64,000 bases of DNA, taken from the NCBI GenBank assembly GCA_036343635.1, contig JAYYVF010000055.1, forward strand, positions 1-64,000. The letters are read 5' to 3'. Shown here piece by piece: positions 1 through 8,719 of this stretch. The position numbers were made by a program, and so were the translations under genes. The stretch is from Candidatus Latescibacterota bacterium (GTDB taxonomy: Bacteria; Latescibacterota; UBA2968; UBA8231). The notes under the pieces were generated by a model. It did no database searches and was not told the origin of the DNA. It saw only the letters and a program-made list of their open reading frames with translations. Each line of letters opens with the position of its first letter. Within the stretch, counting starts at the first letter, position 1.

Positions 1-216
1 TGGTGTGGAATCATAGTCAAGAAGCCAATCTTCGAAAACTCGGATTTTTTCCAAGGGCGACTTAAAATGAAGACCTGGTGTTTTTATCACACGCTTTGGC
101 TGACCAAATTCGGTAACAACAACCTGTTCCCATTCATTCACGGTAAAAAACACCATATTTACTAAAAAAATCGCACCGGCTACAATCGCTACTAAGATCA
201 CTATTGGAGTTCTCAT
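1..216 (-). CDS. hflC: HflC, N-terminal part; gene runs off the window start
   Basis: Minus-strand reading from ATG at 216-214 gives MRTPIVILVAIVAGAIFLVNMVFFTVNEWEQVVVTEFGQPKRVIKTPGLHFKSPLEK..., typical HflC N-terminal TM plus SPFH start. ATG overlaps the hflK stop (ATGA). RBS GGAGG lies upstream. Confidence 0.7.
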   Translation of the reverse strand, partial: MRTPIVILVAIVAGAIFLVNMVFFTVNEWEQVVVTEFGQPKRVIKTPGLHFKSPLEKIRVFEDWLLDYDSTP

Positions 217-1229
217 TTACGCACCTCCTGTCCACCTAAGTTGAGTACATTCAACAATCCACCTTTACCGTCATTCTCCACAATATACTTATCAATTTTT
301 GGGAGAATGCGCTCCATGGTTTCGAGATAAAGCCGCGTTTCCGTAACATCTGGAGCTTTCTTGTATTCAAGATATACCTGTTTAAAACGATCGGCATCAC
401 CCTTAGCAGCACGGGTTCGTTCGAACTGATACGCCTCAGCGGATCGCAACACACGTTGAGCTTCTCCTCGAGCCTTTGGAATTACATCATTCTGATATCC
501 TTTAGCTTCATTCACTACTCGCTCCCGGTCTTCTTTGGCACTCGCAACATCCTTAAACGCGGCATCAACCTGCTCAGGAGCCCTAACGGCCTGTAACTGC
601 ACCGTCTCAACGGATAATCCACAATCATAAATATCAAAGGCCCCCTGCAATTCTTCTTTGATTTCCATTTGGATTTCCATTTTTCCTTCGGTCAATGCTT
701 CATCAATTGTGTGACGCCCAACAACCTGCCGTAAAGCCGCCTCCGCCGCATCGTGAATCAAGCCGAAACTGTTTCCATTATTTCCAAATACGCCCAACCC
801 TTGTGCTGAAAACAATGCCTTTGCGACATTAGTCACTCTGTACTGAACCACCATTTCTACGTCGATTATATTTTCATCACCAGTCAGCATTAGCGATTCT
901 TTTGCTCTTTTAGAATATCGAGCAGGCGGACCAGGATCGATTGTACGAAAACCAATTTCATCGCGATATACCTGTGTAACCGAAACAATCAACGGTCTCT
1001 CGATCGGAGTCGGCAAATGATAATGTAACCCTGGATCTACAATGGAATGTACTTCTCCGAAACGTAGGACAACTGCTTTCTCATCCGGAGCCACTGTGTA
1101 AATACCGCTTAATAGCCACAGTGCGATTAACGCTCCCAACACATAACCTATCGTACGCGGGGAAACATTAATTGGTGGCATTTGCTGCCGTTTAGGAAAT
1201 TCGAATTGTTGAGACATAGCCCCCCCCAA
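213..1229 (-). CDS. hflK: FtsH protease modulator HflK (SPFH/band-7 family)
   Basis: 338 aa with an N-terminal TM, then SPFH core (YTVAPDEKAVVLRFGE...MLTGDENIIDVEMVVQYRV) and a C-terminal coiled-coil. Followed by hflC. Confidence 0.85.
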   Translation of the reverse strand: MGGAMSQQFEFPKRQQMPPINVSPRTIGYVLGALIALWLLSGIYTVAPDEKAVVLRFGEVHSIVDPGLHYHLPTPIERPLIVSVTQVYRDEIGFRTIDPGPPARYSKRAKESLMLTGDENIIDVEMVVQYRVTNVAKALFSAQGLGVFGNNGNSFGLIHDAAEAALRQVVGRHTIDEALTEGKMEIQMEIKEELQGAFDIYDCGLSVETVQLQAVRAPEQVDAAFKDVASAKEDRERVVNEAKGYQNDVIPKARGEAQRVLRSAEAYQFERTRAAKGDADRFKQVYLEYKKAPDVTETRLYLETMERILPKIDKYIVENDGKGGLLNVLNLGGQEVRK

Positions 1230-1374
1230 TAAAGGGTTGTTGTTGTAATTTCAACCTCAAATCTACCAAGCATATATTGCGATGTCAACGTGGTAGGTGA
1301 TTAGTACGATCTATTGACACCTACAGTAAATTCGGTATCATTTCTCAGTAGTAACGAATACAAAAGGAAAAATT

Positions 1375-1971
1375 ATGGCTATAATCCCTACTGTTATCGA
1401 GCAAACCGGCCGAGGAGAACGTGGTTACGATATTTTCTCTCGACTCCTAAAAGAACGTATCATTTTTATTGGAACACCCATAGATGATAGCGAAGCAAAC
1501 GTAATCATTGCCCAATTGCTATTTTTAGCCTCTGAAGATCCTCAAAAGGATATATCGCTTTACATAAACAGTCCCGGAGGAAGCCTAACTGCTGGCCTGG
1601 CAATATATGATACCATGCAACACGTACCTTGCGATGTCGCAACCTTATGTATCGGGCAAGCTTACAGTATGAGTGCTATTTTATTGGCCGGCGGAGCACG
1701 TGGAAAAAGACACGCCCTACCACATTCACGGCTTATGTTGCACCAACCCTGGGGCGGTGTTGGTGGTCAGGCCTCCGATATAGAAATTCACGCTCGAGAG
1801 ATTATGAATTGGCGTACTCGTTTAAACGACATTTTGGTTCTTGACACGGGCCAGACCATAGAAACAATAGAATCGGTAACAGAAAGAGATTATTTTCTCT
1901 CTGCTGAAGAAGGTGTTGAATTTGGCCTCATAGACAACTTATTAATAAATACTGAAACTGAGGAAAGTTAG
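1375..1971 (+). CDS. clpP: ATP-dependent Clp protease proteolytic subunit ClpP
   Basis: 198 aa. ClpP motifs are present: ERIIFIG, catalytic Ser in IGQAYSMSA, His in LMLHQP. RBS AAGGAAAAA lies upstream of the ATG. Confidence 0.95.
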   Translation: MAIIPTVIEQTGRGERGYDIFSRLLKERIIFIGTPIDDSEANVIIAQLLFLASEDPQKDISLYINSPGGSLTAGLAIYDTMQHVPCDVATLCIGQAYSMSAILLAGGARGKRHALPHSRLMLHQPWGGVGGQASDIEIHAREIMNWRTRLNDILVLDTGQTIETIESVTERDYFLSAEEGVEFGLIDNLLINTETEES

Positions 1972-1990
1972 CAATACCGGATCTTCGAAG

Positions 1991-3289
1991 TTAAAACCCA
2001 AATGAAATAATTTGTTTCAAATCGGTCGAACCTGTAGCTAACATTACTAAGCGATCAACTCCCAAAGCAATGCCACTTGCTGGGGGTATACCTATCTCTA
2101 ATTGCGCTAAAAATTTCTCGTCTAATTCACCATCTTCTTTTTGTGCTAATCGGGTTTTAACAAACCTTTCTCTTTGCTCTTCAGGATCGTTTAGTTCCGT
2201 ATACCCATTAGCTAATTCAATCCCATTAATATAAAGCTCAGTCCTTTCGGCAAATCTCCAATCATCGTCACATGGACGAGCCATGGCAGCCATTTGGATA
2301 GGATATTCAACGAGGAAAATTGCTCCTAATTTCTCTAATTCTGGTTCAATTATCTCCAACAGAACCTTATTAAATAGATCTTCCCAATCATCCGACTCAT
2401 TTGCACTAACAAAACCAATCTCGCGCAGACGCTGATAAAAAGTATCACTGGTAAGACACGACTTAAGGTCAATCCCAACCCATTTCTTGAATGCTTTTAC
2501 AACAGTTATTTTTGGCCAACGTTTGCAGTCTACAACCGAATTTAAAGATTCAGGCAATATTTCCCTATCACGAGCATTATTAAATACCGTTTTAACCAAC
2601 GCTTCTGCCTCTTCCATTATCAGCGTATAATCCGAATATAGCCGATACCACTCAACCATAGTAAATTCTGGACTATGTAATCGGGAATGCTCGCCATTGC
2701 GAAAACAACGACCCATCTGGAAAATGCGTTCAAACCCAACCGAAAGCAGTCGCTTCATGTATAATTCTGGCGACGTTGATAGATAGTATTCGGTTTCTTC
2801 CGACAACGAAGAGAAATGGGTTTTAAACTGCTCAATATTTGTCTCAAAACCACGAATTCTATTTAAACAAGGAGTTTCAATTTCAGTGTATTCAAGTGTT
2901 TGGAAAAATGTACGGATTTTCGTTAGTATTTCGCTGCGGTGTTTCAGCAGATTAAATCTCTTTCCCGTTCCGTGAAATTCGGCCCAATCGCCCGATTCAA
3001 ACGGACGCTGAGCTGAGACCAACACACGATAGGATTTAACGTTATGTCGGCCACCCTGCTTCGGTGACACGTGCAGTTCCAATATGTCTCCAACATTAAT
3101 ATTTTCTGGAAGTTGAGTCTCCCAATAGAAAAACATTTTTCCCGTTCCGTCGTACAAACACACTCTTTTGTTTTCGCAAATCAATGATCTGCCCCTAACA
3201 AGGGCTTCAGATCCTCCCATGGACAGTAAATTTCCGACTGGACAGTGGTCGGGAACCTTAACGGACGGAAAGCTATGCAGGCTTTTCAC
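1991..3289 (-). CDS. Class II lysyl-tRNA synthetase paralog (EpmA/GenX/PoxA-like) with ~110 aa N-terminal OB-like extension
   Basis: aaRS class IIb motifs are present: motif 1 EYTEIETPCL, motif 2 CFRNGEHSRLHSPEFTMVEWY, motif 3 GIALGVDRLVMLATG. The ETPC signature and short length fit EpmA rather than LysS. Confidence 0.7.
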   Translation of the reverse strand: MKSLHSFPSVKVPDHCPVGNLLSMGGSEALVRGRSLICENKRVCLYDGTGKMFFYWETQLPENINVGDILELHVSPKQGGRHNVKSYRVLVSAQRPFESGDWAEFHGTGKRFNLLKHRSEILTKIRTFFQTLEYTEIETPCLNRIRGFETNIEQFKTHFSSLSEETEYYLSTSPELYMKRLLSVGFERIFQMGRCFRNGEHSRLHSPEFTMVEWYRLYSDYTLIMEEAEALVKTVFNNARDREILPESLNSVVDCKRWPKITVVKAFKKWVGIDLKSCLTSDTFYQRLREIGFVSANESDDWEDLFNKVLLEIIEPELEKLGAIFLVEYPIQMAAMARPCDDDWRFAERTELYINGIELANGYTELNDPEEQRERFVKTRLAQKEDGELDEKFLAQLEIGIPPASGIALGVDRLVMLATGSTDLKQIISFGF

Positions 3290-3358
3290 TTTTCAGATTT
3301 CGGTAATATTTAACGTGTTTGTGGAATAATAATTGAATATTAAAAAGCTACAGCCGGA

Positions 3359-4582
3359 CTAAGCAGATTTTTTCGAATATAAATATACGGGAGGACCATT
3401 TCTCTCAATAAAATCCAACGTAATGACACATTCTTCAACATCTGTCCGGGCAGGTAATTCGAACATAACTTCGAACATCACGGTTTCTAAGACCGCACGC
3501 AATCCTCGCGCACCCATTTCTTTTTCTTTAGCAATATCTACAACTCGCTCCAATGCATCAGGCTCAAAGGTAAGTTTAATACCATCCATTTGAAAAAGCT
3601 TCTGATACTGCTTTATTAGCGCATTGCGGGGTCTCTGTAGAATATCTAACAAAACCACATCACTAAGAGGATTTAATGTGCTAACTACGGGTAATCGCCC
3701 TATCAACTCAGGTATAAGTCCAAATTGAACCAAATCTTCTGACTCTACATTACCAAGTATATTAGCATCTTGATTGATTTCCTCAACTCCAGCTTTACCA
3801 AACCCCATAGATCTCTGACCTAGTCGATGACCAATTATCTGCTCTAAACCGTCAAACGCTCCCCCACAAATAAAAAGAATATTCTTGGTGTTTATCTGCG
3901 TGAGCGGCTGCTCTGGGTGTTTCCGACCTCCTTTAGGAGGAACTCCAGAAACAGTCCCTTCAAGTATCTTAAGCAGTTCTTGCTGCACACCTTCACCAGA
4001 CACATCCCGGGTTATAGACGGATTCGCAGACTTTCGCGCGACTTTGTCAATTTCATCTATGAAAAGAATTCCGCGTTCAGCTTGAGGTACATCATGGTCA
4101 GCAGCTTGCAATATCCTAACTAAAATATTTTCTACATCTTCACCTACATATCCCGCTTCAGTTAACACTGTTGCATCTACTATAGCAAACGGGACATCCA
4201 AAACACGAGCAAGCGTCTCTGCTAATAAAGTTTTTCCAGTGCCAGTAGGCCCAATTAGTAAGATATTGCTCTTTGATAGTTCAACGTCTCCACTATTTGA
4301 ATATACTCGCTTGTAATGATTATAAACAGCTACAGAAAGAGCTTTTTTAGCACGGTCCTGACCAATTATATGTTTATCTAAATGAGCTTTAATTTCAGCT
4401 GGCTTCGGAAGAGGTGCCCCATTGCCAACAGATTCCTTATCCGACTCACCTTCCATAACCCCGTTACACAAAATCACACATTCATTACAAATATGCACCG
4501 AAGGCCCTTGGATGATTTTCTCCACCTGTTCAACAGACTTACCACAAAATGAGCAATTTACAGGCTTCTGCTTTTTTAACAT
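3359..4582 (-). CDS. clpX: ATP-dependent Clp protease ATP-binding subunit ClpX
   Basis: 407 aa with an N-terminal C4 zinc finger (CSFCGK...CNEC), Walker A GPTGTGKT and Walker [10 protein letters not shown]. Adjacent to clpP. Confidence 0.95.
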   Translation of the reverse strand: MLKKQKPVNCSFCGKSVEQVEKIIQGPSVHICNECVILCNGVMEGESDKESVGNGAPLPKPAEIKAHLDKHIIGQDRAKKALSVAVYNHYKRVYSNSGDVELSKSNILLIGPTGTGKTLLAETLARVLDVPFAIVDATVLTEAGYVGEDVENILVRILQAADHDVPQAERGILFIDEIDKVARKSANPSITRDVSGEGVQQELLKILEGTVSGVPPKGGRKHPEQPLTQINTKNILFICGGAFDGLEQIIGHRLGQRSMGFGKAGVEEINQDANILGNVESEDLVQFGLIPELIGRLPVVSTLNPLSDVVLLDILQRPRNALIKQYQKLFQMDGIKLTFEPDALERVVDIAKEKEMGARGLRAVLETVMFEVMFELPARTDVEECVITLDFIERNGPPVYLYSKKSA

Positions 4583-4616
4583 TCCAATCCAATCATAAAA
4601 AACTCAAACAATACAG

Positions 4617-5240
4617 TTATTCTTTGGTTTCGTCAGATTCGTCAACGGCTACATCAGGAATCAACTCATCAACACTCAAAGATGAACTCGCAGTCTCTTC
4701 TTCTTGTACTGATTCAATTTCTGAGTTAGAATCCTCAAGAGCCTCATCTGCACCAGCTTTCATTACATTAATCGCTTGAAATCCTTTCTCTGAACGTGTG
4801 ACCATAAACTCAACTTCATCACCTTGTTCCAGACTTCGATCCCACGACGAAATATCACGCCAGTGAACAAATACATCTACCTTACTTTCCGTCGAAATAA
4901 AACCGTAACCTTTGTCGTTATTAAACCACTTTACGACACCCTTGATCCAGGTATTTTCAGAAAGAGCATCTGATGAAACAGATGGTACATCAGCATCAAC
5001 AGTCTTCTCTGCGTTACTGGTTTGATCGATTTTTCCCGTCCCTGACTTAGGACTTTCAATACGTTGAGATAGCTCGGCAAGGACCACACTGCCCCCGGAG
5101 GCTGTTTCAGCTAACCATTCAAAGGAAGCCAACATTCCAATAACATATGCACTGTCTTGTCCATATAGCTTTCTTGCGCTATTGATACGTTCAGAAAAGG
5201 AAACTATTGCGTCAGACTCTAACTCTAACAAATTGGCCAA
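4617..5240 (-). CDS. Cold-shock domain protein with N-terminal extension and acidic C-terminal tail
   Basis: 207 aa. Central CSD is IKGVVKWFNNDKGYGFI...VFVHWRDI. The C-terminus is strongly acidic (EEETASSSLSVDELIPDVAVDESDETKE). Confidence 0.7.
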   Translation of the reverse strand: MANLLELESDAIVSFSERINSARKLYGQDSAYVIGMLASFEWLAETASGGSVVLAELSQRIESPKSGTGKIDQTSNAEKTVDADVPSVSSDALSENTWIKGVVKWFNNDKGYGFISTESKVDVFVHWRDISSWDRSLEQGDEVEFMVTRSEKGFQAINVMKAGADEALEDSNSEIESVQEEETASSSLSVDELIPDVAVDESDETKE

Positions 5241-5328
5241 AAACGTTCTCCTATTTGTTCAAATTCCTTACAACCTCTACTACAAAAACACTCGGATTAA
5301 AAATAACTTGCATATTTCTAGATGTTTG

Positions 5329-6783
5329 TCAATCCCATCGTCTTCTATATGTGTGAAATGTCTCATACAACGATTCAACAATTACTTTCAAAATACCAGT
5401 TAAGGGAACAGCCACCAACATACCTACTACGCCCATTATTTGACTACCAGCCATAACTACAAATAACACCATGAGAGGATGCATTTCTACACTCCTGGCA
5501 ACAACGGCAGGCTGTACAATTACATTATCAAAAACCTGGACGATTGCGAACACCATAACTACCTTCCCAATCAAAGGTATCACCGCATCTCCTCCAGTGA
5601 TCAAAGCTACCAAGGAAGCAGAAATAATACCAATCAAGGGCCCCAAAAATGGGATCATGTTAGACAAACCGGCAAGTAAGCCAACAGGGAAAGCATATTT
5701 CAAACCGATAATAGACAAACCAATAATAGAGAGAATTGCTACGATTGATGTAGCCAAAATAGTTCCACGAATATAACCCCCTATTTGCTGATTGATTTTA
5801 TGCAGGACATTAAGGGTAAGTTCAAAATAGGGATTTGGAACAAGAGAGACCGATTTGCGTACCATTGCCCTCCCCTCACGTAAGAAAAAGAAAGCTACAA
5901 AAGGAACGATAACAACGAAGGTCAATCCAGAGACCACACCCCCCACAAACTGAGTAGTGTTACCTACAAATTTATTTATTACAGATTTACCTTTTGTTTT
6001 TAACATAGCCACCAAGTCAAACTCATCACCCATATATTCATTTACAATAGGTTGAACTGGCCCTAAATTCACCGCTAAATCTGTTAGAATATTTGGACCT
6101 GCCTCTCCAAAATCAACCCAATTCGAGCTAAGAATCACACCGTGAAATATAGACTGATTTCTCAATGGAATTTCATCGGTGTTTTTTAAGAATTGAGTAT
6201 TGCCTAGCATCTGGATGGATGGGGGGGTGTCTAGCGGACTATCAACAACAGAGAATTCAAGAATAGCAGAACAGAAGACTAAAGAATCTGGAGCAAATCT
6301 AATATTGAACGTACGCTCAGTTCCTGGAGTAATCTCAATAGGAAACTGTTGACCTTCTTCCATCGAAAAGGGGGAATTACCATCCCCCGAACTTTGTTCA
6401 ACCCAGTTAATATCAGCAACAATTAGAGGCTGGTTACCAGTGTTTGTAATTGCAATTTGTCGGTAGCTTTCCTCTTCTCGATGCATCCTTTCTGTTAACT
6501 CAATTATCTCTGTTGATATCTTTTTACCAACACTAAAACCAACAAAAACTAATGTGGCAAACAAGCCCCCCAGTACAATTAAGATAGATACAGTACGACC
6601 CAACCCCCTTGCCTCCATCCGGTCGACAACAGGCGCAAGCACATAGGCAAGAACGAACGCTATTGCAAATGGTGCCAATATACCGTGTATCTCCCGAACA
6701 AAAAGGCCAAAAACAATAATCACTAAGCAGCCAAACGCTAACTTGGCGTAAATTGATATTTTTAGTGATGGTTTTTCAGTCAC
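5329..6783 (-). CDS. AI-2E family transporter (PerM/YhhT-like) with ~200 aa inserted soluble domain
   Basis: 484 aa with multiple TMs at both ends. AI-2E C-terminal signature FLGPLIGIISASLVAL...PAVVARSVEMHPLMVLFVV. A non-membrane insert spans about residues 95-300. Confidence 0.75.
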   Translation of the reverse strand: MTEKPSLKISIYAKLAFGCLVIIVFGLFVREIHGILAPFAIAFVLAYVLAPVVDRMEARGLGRTVSILIVLGGLFATLVFVGFSVGKKISTEIIELTERMHREEESYRQIAITNTGNQPLIVADINWVEQSSGDGNSPFSMEEGQQFPIEITPGTERTFNIRFAPDSLVFCSAILEFSVVDSPLDTPPSIQMLGNTQFLKNTDEIPLRNQSIFHGVILSSNWVDFGEAGPNILTDLAVNLGPVQPIVNEYMGDEFDLVAMLKTKGKSVINKFVGNTTQFVGGVVSGLTFVVIVPFVAFFFLREGRAMVRKSVSLVPNPYFELTLNVLHKINQQIGGYIRGTILATSIVAILSIIGLSIIGLKYAFPVGLLAGLSNMIPFLGPLIGIISASLVALITGGDAVIPLIGKVVMVFAIVQVFDNVIVQPAVVARSVEMHPLMVLFVVMAGSQIMGVVGMLVAVPLTGILKVIVESLYETFHTYRRRWD

Positions 6784-6795
6784 AGCCTATTTTCC

Positions 6796-7326
6796 TTACT
6801 GCGTTGGGCTCTTGGAAGATTTAGACCTGGCCTGCCGTAATAGCACATTTGTATGACGTAAACGAATGGAGAGTATCTTCGCCAAATGAGTAAGTATCTT
6901 CAAACCTAGTCGTGGATCACTTTCGACAATTTCAAGCATATCTGGTCTAAAGAATCCAAAAGTAATGCAGGTTTCTACGGCGGTTATCGTCGCCGTTCTC
7001 GGGGAATCATCTAATAGGGCCTGCTCCCCAAAAAAATCTCCAGCTCCAAGTTGAGCTAACTGAATCGTATCGTGATCGTCCGTAATCTCCCGAATTTCGA
7101 CCGATCCCTTAAGAATGATGTGCATTCCTATACCAGGGCGACCTTCTTCTAAAATTAATTCACCGGCTTGCCAGCTGCGTTGATGGAGAATTTTCGATAT
7201 TTTTTTCAATTCTTTGGTGTTAAGACTTTCAAAAACAGGTACCGAATCAAGTAAATCCAATAATTCTGACTTTTCGCGCTTAAATACGAGATTGCTCCAG
7301 AACGGATTTCCCATTATTTGCCCCAA
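6796..7326 (-). CDS. Cyclic nucleotide-binding (cNMP) domain protein
   Basis: 176 aa. cNMP-binding fold motifs GDFFGEQALL and RTATITAVE. Confidence 0.65.
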   Translation of the reverse strand: MGQIMGNPFWSNLVFKREKSELLDLLDSVPVFESLNTKELKKISKILHQRSWQAGELILEEGRPGIGMHIILKGSVEIREITDDHDTIQLAQLGAGDFFGEQALLDDSPRTATITAVETCITFGFFRPDMLEIVESDPRLGLKILTHLAKILSIRLRHTNVLLRQARSKSSKSPTQ

Positions 7327-7440
7327 AATTTTTGCCGATCTTACGGTTGCAGATATGCTTTTTCATACTAAAATAATTTTCTTTTACAACTTAACATTGG
7401 CTACGATTTAACACTAAAGCAACCTATCTCAGTAAACAAG

Positions 7441-8490
7441 TCACCTTCGACTATGAGAACTGCCACATAATCTTGCTACCATTTGATCCATTGCGACTCT
7501 CTCTAATCTTCGTCCAAGCGACCGAACCTGCCAATCTGTATCTTTGATGATACTGATACATCGCCAAATCCTTCCCTGCGTAAAGGAGCGTGCCTGAGAA
7601 ACATAGGAACGAGCAAAGTATGGGTGAACACCAATCGCCTGAGCAATTCCTTCGACACTATTCCCTTTTTCTAATTCAATTTTCGTTTTAGATAGTATCG
7701 AATAATGCCTAGTTATCATTTTTACGGCTACCGCAGGATGGTTCCCTCCGTCTAAGAAATTCCCCAATAAATTTAGTGCTTCTGACGCATTTCGCTCACC
7801 AATTGCATTAGCCAATTCGAAAATGGTTGCAGATCGAGTATTTGCCGTTACTTCACGGACCATTTCTTCCGAAACAACTGCTTCATCCGAGACACATGCA
7901 GCTAATTTTTCTATCTCTTTAACAAGCTCTCCTGGAGAATTTCCAACGTACATCTGAAGAAGGAGTATGGCCTTAGGATCAAATTTGAGGCCAATCTTCC
8001 TCGTCTGTGTCTCTATCCATTTTGGTAAATCTCTATCATATGGGAGTAGAAAATTGATTGCTGACCCAACCTTTGAAGCTTCCTTAAAAAATTTTAACCT
8101 GAAGTCAACCTTTTCACTAATCATAATTATGCAACTAGTTTCGATAGGGCTCAAAAGCATTGTATGTAAATGATCTTTAGCCACTTGATCTAGTTTGTCG
8201 CAATCACGTAAGATCAAGACACGGTGCTGTGACATGAGTGGGTAGGATTCATATATATTTTTAAAATTGAGAAAATCTAAACCTTCAGCACTAAATGAAT
8301 TCAGATTAAAATCACTTATGCTATCTGGAACAATCAAAGAAATCAATTTTCGAAAAAATTGCTCCCTACTGACGTCATCGCTACCAGTTATTAAATATAC
8401 TGAAGAAACATCACCCTTCTTTACAGCTGAAAGTAAACTGTCGGCGGTAACCTTTGATTGACGATTAGATTTACTTATCACGAAACCCAT
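7441..8490 (-). CDS. holA: DNA polymerase III subunit delta
   Basis: holA-like architecture (VYLITGSDDVSREQF... then a C-terminal helical domain). The likely start is the internal Met MGFVISK at 8490. The longer ORF-track start at 8613 overlaps another frame. Confidence 0.7.
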   Translation of the reverse strand: MGFVISKSNRQSKVTADSLLSAVKKGDVSSVYLITGSDDVSREQFFRKLISLIVPDSISDFNLNSFSAEGLDFLNFKNIYESYPLMSQHRVLILRDCDKLDQVAKDHLHTMLLSPIETSCIIMISEKVDFRLKFFKEASKVGSAINFLLPYDRDLPKWIETQTRKIGLKFDPKAILLLQMYVGNSPGELVKEIEKLAACVSDEAVVSEEMVREVTANTRSATIFELANAIGERNASEALNLLGNFLDGGNHPAVAVKMITRHYSILSKTKIELEKGNSVEGIAQAIGVHPYFARSYVSQARSFTQGRIWRCISIIKDTDWQVRSLGRRLERVAMDQMVARLCGSSHSRR

Positions 8491-8719
8491 CTTTCTTTTC
8501 TTCAACATCAACAAATTCAGCCTCTTCGATTTTCGACCTATCAAAACCTTCAGTAGACCCAAAGTTGTCTTTACTTTTTTTAGGACTCCGGTTCCTATAT
8601 AAATAGGAAACAATCCTAAAGAGTAGCCACAGGAAACATATTAGGAGCAACAATTTAAACATTTTCGAATCCGAGTAAAAAATATTTAGTCCCTAAACCA
8701 TCTTACAACATTATTGCCT

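Noticed and set aside
8471-8662. 63-aa ORF and the 8491-8613 extension of holA
   Set aside because: These are overlapping alternative frames at the holA 5' end. The internal Met at 8490 gives a DNA pol III delta of the usual size. Both are treated as uncertain start calls, not separate genes.
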